Part shown: positions 8,901 to 16,126 of the stretch, one piece after another | How positions within the stretch are numbered: the first letter of the stretch is position 1 | Layout of the letters: every line of letters starts with the position of its first letter | IMG/VR virus record: IMGVR_UViG_3300048855_000175 | Coordinates: 1 to 49,575 of that record | DNA length: 49,575 nucleotides | Direction: 5' to 3' (one strand) | From: a virus | Lineage: Duplodnaviria > Caudoviricetes | Notes under the pieces: generated by a model | Told to the model about the DNA's origin: nothing | The model's input: the letters and a program-made list of their open reading frames with translations, nothing else | Database searches by the model: none | Position numbers and translations under genes: made by a program

Positions 8901-9853
8901 TGGAGAGCGTCCATGACCTCGCCAACGGCCGCTGGCACAGCATCCTCCCGGCGCTTGGCGTCGAGGCGAAACACCTCCGCAACAAGCATGGACCATGCCC
9001 AATCTGCGGCGGGACGGATCGCTACCGCTTCGATGACAAGGACGGCCGGGGGACGTGGTTCTGCAATCGCTGCGGCGCCGGCAACGGCGTCGACCTCGTG
9101 ATGCGGCTGAAGGGCTGCAGCTTCCTCGATGCGGTCGATCTCATCAGGTCGCTCGCCGGCGTGGCAGCCAAGGAGGCGCCGAAGCGGAAGCGGACGGAAG
9201 AGGAAATCCGGAAGACGAAGAATGATGCTTGGCGGTTCGCCGTCCCGGTCCAGCGCGACGATCCCGTCGGCTGCTGGCTCGCCTACCGCGCCGGCGTCTG
9301 GGCCTTCCCGTCGTGCCTGCGAACGCACATGAGGGCAATGTACTGGGACGGCGGAAAAAGGTCTTTCCACCCGGCGATGATGGCGATGGTGACGGGGCCG
9401 CACGACCTCCCGGTGAACATCCACCGGACCTTCCTCACGTTGGACGGCCGCAAGGCGAACGTACCCTCGCCGCGCATGGCGATGGAGGGCCCTATCCCAT
9501 CCGGCTCGGCGATCCGGCTCGCGAAGCACGACGCAGTGCTCGGCGTTGCCGAGGGCATCGAAACGGCCTTCGCCGCCATGGCGCTCTTCGGCGTGCCGGT
9601 CTGGTCGACCATGAACTCCGGCCTGCTGAAGACGTGGGAGCCGCCCGCCGGCGTCACCGATGTCATCGTGTTCGGCGACCACGACCTCAAGTTCGGCGGT
9701 CAGGCCGCGGCGATGGCGCTGGCGCACCGGCTCGCCTGTGACGGTGCCAATCCGCGCACCGTGCGCCTCGAAATACCGCCGAGGCCCGGCGACGACTGGA
9801 ACGACGTCTGGATGCGGCAGCACGCAGGCGCATCTCGAGAAGGAACACCATGA
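8900..9853 (+). CDS. Primase (P4-alpha-type Zn finger plus Toprim)
   Basis: HGPCPICGGTDRYRFDD...CNRCG; AEGIETA; FGDHD; DWND. Confidence 0.9.
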   Translation: MESVHDLANGRWHSILPALGVEAKHLRNKHGPCPICGGTDRYRFDDKDGRGTWFCNRCGAGNGVDLVMRLKGCSFLDAVDLIRSLAGVAAKEAPKRKRTEEEIRKTKNDAWRFAVPVQRDDPVGCWLAYRAGVWAFPSCLRTHMRAMYWDGGKRSFHPAMMAMVTGPHDLPVNIHRTFLTLDGRKANVPSPRMAMEGPIPSGSAIRLAKHDAVLGVAEGIETAFAAMALFGVPVWSTMNSGLLKTWEPPAGVTDVIVFGDHDLKFGGQAAAMALAHRLACDGANPRTVRLEIPPRPGDDWNDVWMRQHAGASREGTP

Positions 9854-10362
9854 GCAGAATGACAGCCGAGGCCGGCTGGTTCGTCGTTCACACGAAGCCG
9901 CGGTCGGAGTTCCTCGCGGCGATGTCGCTCGTCGAGCGCGGCTACCGCGTCTTCTACCCCCACGTTCGCGGCACGCGCCGGTTCGGCCGGAAGTTCGTCG
10001 GCGTGTTGAAGCCGTACTTTTCCCGCTACGTCTTCGTCGAGATCGCCGCGCACCAATCGACCTATGTCGTCAACAACACGCCCGGCGTGTCGGTGGTCGT
10101 CTACTTCGCGGGGCGACCTCTACAGGTGCCGGATCGCATCATGGCGCCGCTGCTCGCGGAAGCTGACGAAAAGGGGCTGATGCCGGAGCATAAGCCGCTG
10201 GAGCCGGCTCCGCGCTGGGTGGTAGGGCAGAAGATCGAGATGTCGAGCGGGCCGCTGGAGGGGCTGCTGGTCGAGGTCGCTAAAGTCGAGCGCGGGGATA
10301 GGCTGCGCGTCTGGGTTGACTTCCTCGGCGGCAGGCGCCAAATAGCCGTCACCGCCGAATGA
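9850..10362 (+). CDS. NusG/RfaH-family antiterminator (probable late activator)
   Basis: WFVVHTKPRSE...PYFSRYVFV (NGN domain); GQKIEMSSGPLEG (KOW); sits at the Q position. Confidence 0.88.
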   Translation: MSRMTAEAGWFVVHTKPRSEFLAAMSLVERGYRVFYPHVRGTRRFGRKFVGVLKPYFSRYVFVEIAAHQSTYVVNNTPGVSVVVYFAGRPLQVPDRIMAPLLAEADEKGLMPEHKPLEPAPRWVVGQKIEMSSGPLEGLLVEVAKVERGDRLRVWVDFLGGRRQIAVTAE

Positions 10363-10394
10363 CGTTGTCACTCGGTGTGCGGTTGCATTTCCGA

Positions 10395-10473
10395 GTTAAT
10401 CCTCATGTCGCGGGTTCGAATCCCGTCGTTCCCGCCAATGGGGAGCGTAGCTCAGCGGTAGAGCGGGGGACTG
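10395..10473 (+). tRNA. Circularly permuted tRNA-Asn(GUU)-like gene (3' half 10395-10437, 5' half 10441-10473)
   Basis: The halves reassemble into a 75-nt cloverleaf with all four stems paired, TTCGAAT T-loop, G73 and CCA. Confidence 0.8.
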
Positions 10474-10478
10474 CTCAG

Positions 10479-10512
10479 GGCCGGCTCCCCGTAGGGTTGA
10501 GCCGGCCTTTTT
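10479..10512 (+). terminator. Intrinsic terminator
   Basis: GGCCGGCTC...GAGCCGGCC followed by TTTTT. Confidence 0.8.
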
Positions 10513-10670
10513 CATTTCTTGCATGCTGAGAGTGCAGTTGGCGGCCGCCTCGCAAACAAAAGGAGCTCCCGCAGGCTCCGGATGAACGCCCGCTGAATGT
10601 GATGTTCAGACCGGGCTAACGTCTCACCTCTTATGTGGTCCTCACGGTCAAGCGACCGAGAGGACTGAAT

Positions 10671-11138
10671 ATGAGAATGATCAAACTGGCTGCCCTAGCT
10701 ATCCTCGCCGCGGCAGCAATCCCGACGGCAGCGCTCGCGGAGACGGGTTTTTCGACGGCTAACGTCAATATGCGATCAGGCCCGAGCACGCAGTATCCGG
10801 CGGTCGCTGTAATCCCAAATGGTACTCGGCTTGAGATCACTGGATGCCTGAGCCGTGATACATGGTGTGAAGTCTCCATCGGCCGCAATCGTGGCTGGGT
10901 ATCGAGCAGCTATCTTTCAGTCGAGCAGCAGGGGCGACGGGTCAGAGGCCGGGATTGGCGCGCGCCGGTCGTAACCTTTGAGGCCGGCCTCTACTGGGAC
11001 GAGAACTATCGAGGCCGCGGCTTTTACCGCGACCGCGACCGCTGGGAAGACCAGGATCGTCGCGACCGGTCCAGGCAAGATGACAGGGGCCGTCGCCCTG
11101 GCCGTGGAGATGATGACCGGGGCGGCCGTGGTCGCTGA
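10671..11138 (+). CDS. Secreted SH3 (type 3) domain protein (moron)
   Basis: Signal peptide ending ALA; ANVNMRSGPST...GCL...WCEV...GWVSSSYL; R/D-rich tail. Confidence 0.85.
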   Translation: MRMIKLAALAILAAAAIPTAALAETGFSTANVNMRSGPSTQYPAVAVIPNGTRLEITGCLSRDTWCEVSIGRNRGWVSSSYLSVEQQGRRVRGRDWRAPVVTFEAGLYWDENYRGRGFYRDRDRWEDQDRRDRSRQDDRGRRPGRGDDDRGGRGR

Positions 11139-11198
11139 AATGTCGGCCGGCTAGCCCGGCCCGCTCACCCCGTCGTTGGAGAGATCCAGCGGCGGGGG

Positions 11199-11438
11199 TT
11201 AGCTCTGAGACCGGATGATGGCTTCCAGATTCGTCTTAGGCCAAGGTTTCAACTCGCAGATGAGGGCTGCACAGGCCAGGGCGACGGTCAGAGGGATGAC
11301 CACTTCCCTGCCGTCTTCACGTCTCCTGCCGCTCTCGTAGTTGGTGATGGTAGCTTTGGAGAGGCCTAGTACATCGGCAGCTTCATCCTGCGTAAAGCCC
11401 ATGGCCGTTCGCCAGTTCTTAAACTCGTATGGGGTCAT
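11199..11438 (-). CDS. XRE-family HTH regulator
   Basis: FKNWRTAMGFTQDEAADVLGLSKATITNYESG. Confidence 0.85.
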   Translation of the reverse strand: MTPYEFKNWRTAMGFTQDEAADVLGLSKATITNYESGRRREDGREVVIPLTVALACAALICELKPWPKTNLEAIIRSQS

Positions 11439-11565
11439 GGAGCGCTAGATTCCCCTTGAGGCGGCAGTAGACGAAAGCCGACCGAGGACCGACAAGGTTC
11501 AGCCGCGAAATGCGGCTGGGTGAGTGTATGCCAAGTCCTCATCCTCGAAGGTTGCCGTCTCGGTT

Positions 11566-11591
11566 GGAACGATCGTCTTCAGGTCAGGGTT
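11566..11591 (+). promoter_or_regulatory. Putative sigmaEcfG (general stress) promoter
   Basis: GGAAC-N18-GTT just upstream of an AAAGGA RBS and the GTG at 11620. Confidence 0.55.
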
Positions 11592-11619
11592 TGGTCCCTC
11601 TCCGATGAAAGGACATTTC

Positions 11620-11841
11620 GTGGCAGAGGACAAACATCCGGAACAGGACCCTGCCGAGGGCTCCCGCGAAGTGGTCGACAAGAATTTAGACCGTGCGAAG
11701 AAGGGCCCCAAGAGTGACGCGGAAGGCCAATTCGCCGCCACTCAGCACGGCGGGGACAACGACGGCACCGTCAGCGCCAATCCTCGGGTGATCTCGGGGG
11801 ACGAAGACGGAGACGCCACTTTCCCCGTCAAGAAGGGCTGA
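11620..11841 (+). CDS. Small hydrophilic protein, possibly stress-related
   Basis: VAEDKHPEQDPAEGSREVVD...; RBS present. Confidence 0.6.
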   Translation: MAEDKHPEQDPAEGSREVVDKNLDRAKKGPKSDAEGQFAATQHGGDNDGTVSANPRVISGDEDGDATFPVKKG

Positions 11842-11863
11842 TGGCCGGTAGCTTTTGACCACC

Positions 11864-12160
11864 TCAGGTCGAAGGACTTCCGCTTCGGGCCCGCCTGGCA
11901 GCTAGGGCGATCGGCGTGGTTCTGCCCCGCGAGACCGAGAGATAGGTGGCTACCTGATCGGTGGCCTTCTGGATGTCGTCCTTTTCGCCTGACGCCGCAG
12001 CCTGCATCAGGAGCTGCGTTGCCGCTGCCAGCACGTCATCCCTCGTCACGCCGCCAGATACCTCGACGAGGTAGTCCGCCGCGTCTCGTAGTGTCATCAG
12101 CCGGGCACGGCCTCGTAGGCCGAGCGGTCGAGAGAGTGACTGGTTCCAGTGGTCGGTCAT
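11864..12160 (-). CDS. Hypothetical protein (DUF982-like)
   Basis: LMTLRDAADYL motif. Confidence 0.55.
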   Translation of the reverse strand: MTDHWNQSLSRPLGLRGRARLMTLRDAADYLVEVSGGVTRDDVLAAATQLLMQAAASGEKDDIQKATDQVATYLSVSRGRTTPIALAARRARSGSPST

Positions 12161-12284
12161 GGTTCTGCCAACGCCGCGACGGCGTAGAGTTTCGAGCGGC
12201 AGCTAGCTCTGCCAACCGCTACCATGACGCTTCCATGGGAGAGTTCCGTCCATGGCATCGCGGAGCTCCAGCAGCATGAAATGA

Positions 12285-12557
12285 TCAGTCCTTTAGAAAG
12301 GGCTCCCCTTGACCTGACGTCATGTTCCAACCGGATAGGAGCTCACGGGTCCAGTTTAATAGCTCCAATCGGTCTAGTGCATGGTTGTTGTCTTCTTCCC
12401 TCACTTCCCTATAAGCGCGTGCCAAGCGTACCATGAAGCGATCCAAGAAGCCTGGATGTATCTCGTTTATTTCTTGAGCAAGGCAGGTCACTAGAATCGC
12501 AACGCCACGTTTTGCGTCCTGCAAATGTTTCTCTGTGCTGACAGTGTTGTCGGTCAT
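12285..12557 (-). CDS. Hypothetical protein (moron)
   Basis: AGGAG RBS; AT-richer than flanks. Confidence 0.65.
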   Translation of the reverse strand: MTDNTVSTEKHLQDAKRGVAILVTCLAQEINEIHPGFLDRFMVRLARAYREVREEDNNHALDRLELLNWTRELLSGWNMTSGQGEPFLKD

Positions 12558-12742
12558 TTCGGCTCCTACGGGACATGGCTAGCGGATCGGGATGTGGTGC
12601 GGATCGTCCCCACATAGGAGCGGTTTAGTCCCGCTGGCGAGAATGCGACAGTCCCTCGGGATGTCATGCGGAACCATCTCCCTCATGGGCGTAGGTCGCA
12701 TCTCCGGAGACTGCCGCCTCTGACCTTTCAAAGGTTGTAGGG

Positions 12743-13429
12743 ATGCCGATTGACCCCCGCGCCACCATCGGCTCACTCCAGCGCGCCGAGAAGAACATCC
12801 TGTTCGGCTTCGCGCGTGGCTTGACGCAGACGGCGAGGAAGGCCGCCGAGGACGTCACCCGCGAACTGCCGCAACGCTTCGATAGGCCGACGCCGTTCAC
12901 CTTGCGGGCGATCGCGACGACGCCGGCGACCCGTGATCGCCTCGTCGCCACCGTGTTCGTGAAGCAGGCGCAAGCCGAGTACCTGGAGATCGAGGAGACG
13001 GGCGGGACGCGGACCGAGCGACCCGGGCGCCGCATCTTCCCCGCCGTCAACCTCAAGACCAACGCCTACGGCAACCTCGCGAGGGGTCGCGTCAAGAAGG
13101 AGAAGGCCAAGCCGACCTCGTTCGTATCGACAGGGGAGGGTCGCACCGCACACCTGCCGCCCGGCGTCTATCAGCGCCCCGCGAAGGGAACGCGGCGTGA
13201 CGGGTCGACGGGAACGAAGGGTCCGCTAAGGCGTGGAGGCCGCGGCCGCAAGATCGGGGGCACCGGCGCCAAGGGGGCGACGACCCTCAAGCTGCTGGTC
13301 GCGTTCAAGAAGAAGGCTACGTATCGCCCGCGCTTCCGCTTCCGGGAGACGGTGATCCGATCGGCGGCCACTCACCTGCCGCGGATCGTCGGGGCGTCGA
13401 TAGAGCAGGCGATCGCCACGTCGAGGTAG
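12743..13429 (+). CDS. Basic phage protein preceding terminase (possible neck/tail-completion)
   Basis: RFDRPTPFTL motif; position. Confidence 0.6.
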   Translation: MPIDPRATIGSLQRAEKNILFGFARGLTQTARKAAEDVTRELPQRFDRPTPFTLRAIATTPATRDRLVATVFVKQAQAEYLEIEETGGTRTERPGRRIFPAVNLKTNAYGNLARGRVKKEKAKPTSFVSTGEGRTAHLPPGVYQRPAKGTRRDGSTGTKGPLRRGGRGRKIGGTGAKGATTLKLLVAFKKKATYRPRFRFRETVIRSAATHLPRIVGASIEQAIATSR

Positions 13430-13553
13430 GATGATCTGAAACCGATCATTTGATATGAGCGACGGGGCCCCTGAGGCCCTTGATCGGCTGAGGGTAATTC
13501 GCGACCGCGTAGCTTTTGTAGATGCGGGCCGCCCATGGGGGTTCAGCATCATC

Positions 13554-14135
13554 ATGGCCACCATCGACGAGACGGCCGACCACATCTTCATTTCGTCGCG
13601 CCGGTTCCACGAGCTGCTCGCTCAGGGCGTGATCGATAAGCAGGGCCGCGGCGAATACGAGCTCGACGTCGTCCGCGAGCAGTACATCGAGCATCTGCGC
13701 AGCGTTGCCGCCGGCCGAGGCTCCGCAGACGGGGCGTTCGACCTCACCGAGGAACGGGCCCGGCTCGCCAAGGAGCAGGCCGACGCTCAGGAAATGAAGA
13801 ACGCCGTCGCCCGCGGTGAGCTGCTGCCGAAGCTCGACGTGCACGTCGCCGTCGTCGAGGCCTTCTCCCGGGTCCGCGCCAAGCTGCTCTCGCTGCCATC
13901 GAAGGTCGCGCCGGTTATCTTCGGCCTCGGCTCGATCGCGGAGGTCCGGGAAAAGGTCACTGATGGCATCTCGGAGGCGCTCGCCGAACTCTCCGGAACA
14001 AGGATTGCGGGAGTACCTGCATCTGAGTTCGATCAATCCGGCGGTGATGGCGGCCGCGCAGGACTGGTGGATGGCGCTGACGCCGCCGCCGAACCTAAGC
14101 GTAAGCCAGTGGGCCGATCACGAGCGCCGGCTTAG
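13554..14135 (+). CDS. Terminase small subunit (Nu1-like)
   Basis: N-terminal HTH, YIEHLR, ERARLAKEQAD...RGELL coiled coil. Confidence 0.85.
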   Translation: MATIDETADHIFISSRRFHELLAQGVIDKQGRGEYELDVVREQYIEHLRSVAAGRGSADGAFDLTEERARLAKEQADAQEMKNAVARGELLPKLDVHVAVVEAFSRVRAKLLSLPSKVAPVIFGLGSIAEVREKVTDGISEALAELSGTRIAGVPASEFDQSGGDGGRAGLVDGADAAAEPKRKPVGRSRAPA

Positions 14136-15903
14136 CCCCGAGGCGAGCGCCGAGCCGGGCCGATGGGATACCAGCCGGGCGGAATATCAGCGCGGCATCA
14201 TGGACGCGGCCTGCGACCCGGCGGTGCACACGGTCGTGGTGATGTCCTCGGCGCAGGTCGGCAAGACGGAAATCCTGAACAACGTCGTCGGCTATCACGT
14301 CGACCAGGATCCGAGCCCGACCTTGGTGCTGCAGCCGACGATCGAGATGGCGCAGACGTGGTCGAAGGACCGCCTGGCGCCGATGCTGCGCGACACGCCG
14401 GCGCTGCAGGGCAAGGTGTCGGACGTCAAGTCGCGGGATGGCAAGAACACCATCCTGCACAAGGTTTTCGACGGCGGCCATATCACCATGGCGGGCGCGA
14501 ACAGCGCCGCCTCGCTGGCCTCGCGTCCGATCCGCATCGTGCTTTGCGACGAGGTCGATCGATACCCGCCGTCGGCCGGCACCGAAGGCGACCCGATCAG
14601 CCTTGCGCGCAAGCGCTCGACGACGTTCTGGAACCGCAAGCTCGGGCTCTTCTCGACGCCGACGGTCAAGGGCGTCTCGCGCATCGAGGCGGCGTTCGAG
14701 GAAAGCGATAAGCGCCGCTTCTGGGTGCCGTGCCCGCACTGCAAGGAGATGCAGACCCTGCGGTGGTCGCAGGTGAAGTGGGAACCCGGCCGGCCCGATA
14801 CGGCGGCCTACCTCTGCGCCGACGAGGGCTGCGGCACGCTCTGGACCGACGCCGAGCGCTGGCGCGCCATCCGGTCCGGCGAGTGGCGGGCCGAGGCACC
14901 GTTCAACGGCACCGCAGGCTTCCACCTGTCGGAGCTCTATTCCCCCTGGGTGCGGCTCGCCGACACGGCGCGCGCCTTCATCGAAGCCAAGGGCAACCCG
15001 GAGCGGCTGAAGACCTGGGTCAACACCTCGCTCGGCGAGACCTGGGAGGAGCGCGGCGAAGAGGTCGATCAACACGATCTCCTCAAGCGGGCCGAGGATT
15101 GGGAAGCGGCTCCGGCCGGCGTCCTCCTCATCACCTGCGGCGTCGACGTGCAGGGCGACCGGGTTGAGATCGAGCGGGTCGGCTGGGGTCTCGATGAGGA
15201 ATCGTGGTCGCTTGAGCACGAGGTGATCTACGGCGACCCGTCGAGCCCGGAACTCTGGACCGACCTCGACGACTATCTGCATCGCGACACGGAGACGGCC
15301 GACGGCCGATTCCTGTCGGTGTCCGCTGCCTGCGTTGATTCCGGCGGCCACTACACGGACGCTGTCTATCGGTTCGTGAAGGACAAGACCGGCCGACGCA
15401 TCTGGGCCCTCAAGGGCATGGCCGGTGCCGGCCGGCCCGTTTGGCCGAAGCTCGCTTCGAAGAACAACAAGGGCCGCATCGCCCTCTTCATCGTCGGCGT
15501 CGATGCGGCGAAGGAGATCGTTTATGGCCGGCTTCGTATCCAGCAGCCGGGGCCGGGCTACTGCCATTTCCCGAGCGGTCGGGATCCGGCGTGGTTCGAA
15601 CAGCTGACGTCCGAAATCGTCGTGACGAAGTACTCGAAGGGCTTCCCGGTCCGCGAGTGGGTGCCGAGGCCGAACACGCGGCAGGAGGCGCTCGACTGCC
15701 GCGTCTACGCCTTCGCTGCGCTGCGCTCGATGTCGATCAGCTGGGGCCGCGTGCAACGGCTCCTTGCGGCGCGGGAACGAACACCCGCGCCGAGTGAGGC
15801 ATCGTCCGCGCCGAGCCCATCTACACCGGCCATTCCGTCCGTCGCGGTCGCTGCCCAGAAGGCGCCGCGGAGGATGGCGCGGTCCTCATTCATGAACGGC
15901 TGA
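14047..15903 (+). CDS. Terminase large subunit (gpA family); start uncertain
   Basis: SAQVGKT, DEVDRY, STPT, PCPHC, GVDVQ, DSGG, EALDC. Confidence 0.95.
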   Translation: MAAAQDWWMALTPPPNLSVSQWADHERRLSPEASAEPGRWDTSRAEYQRGIMDAACDPAVHTVVVMSSAQVGKTEILNNVVGYHVDQDPSPTLVLQPTIEMAQTWSKDRLAPMLRDTPALQGKVSDVKSRDGKNTILHKVFDGGHITMAGANSAASLASRPIRIVLCDEVDRYPPSAGTEGDPISLARKRSTTFWNRKLGLFSTPTVKGVSRIEAAFEESDKRRFWVPCPHCKEMQTLRWSQVKWEPGRPDTAAYLCADEGCGTLWTDAERWRAIRSGEWRAEAPFNGTAGFHLSELYSPWVRLADTARAFIEAKGNPERLKTWVNTSLGETWEERGEEVDQHDLLKRAEDWEAAPAGVLLITCGVDVQGDRVEIERVGWGLDEESWSLEHEVIYGDPSSPELWTDLDDYLHRDTETADGRFLSVSAACVDSGGHYTDAVYRFVKDKTGRRIWALKGMAGAGRPVWPKLASKNNKGRIALFIVGVDAAKEIVYGRLRIQQPGPGYCHFPSGRDPAWFEQLTSEIVVTKYSKGFPVREWVPRPNTRQEALDCRVYAFAALRSMSISWGRVQRLLAARERTPAPSEASSAPSPSTPAIPSVAVAAQKAPRRMARSSFMNG

Positions 15904-15910
15904 GAACGCC

Positions 15911-16126
15911 ATGGCCTGGACACAGTCCGACGTCGACGCCCTCAAGGCGGCGCTCGCGCTCGGCGCCACTCGGGTGCGCTTCGCCGACCGCGACGTGACC
16001 TATCGGAGCCTCGCCGAGATGAAGGCCATCCTGCGTGACATGGAGGAGGAGGTCGCGGTGGCGAACGGTACCACGCGCCCGCGCATCCGCCAGTACCGCT
16101 TCGTCACGTCGAAGGGGCTGCGCTGA
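15911..16126 (+). CDS. Head-tail joining protein (gpW-like)
   Basis: GATRVRFADRDVTYRSLAEM; between terminase and portal. Confidence 0.85.
   Translation: MAWTQSDVDALKAALALGATRVRFADRDVTYRSLAEMKAILRDMEEEVAVANGTTRPRIRQYRFVTSKGLR

Noticed and set aside
10395-10437. att core (tRNA 3' fragment)
   Set aside because: It is internal to the prophage, far from int, not seen repeated in the window, and is followed by the complementary 5' half
10395-10473. Two-piece tmRNA (permuted in alphaproteobacteria)
   Set aside because: It has a true D-arm, G73 and no G3-U70, and no tag-coding piece is visible
10471-10477. Ser(GCU) reading of the anticodon (CTGCTCA)
   Set aside because: It would put C at position 37, has no long variable arm and no downstream stem partner
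13455-13553. N-terminal extension of the small terminase (likewise the longer track starts for terL, protease, ParB and cI)
   Set aside because: Downstream starts fit the RBS, gene coupling or domain boundaries better
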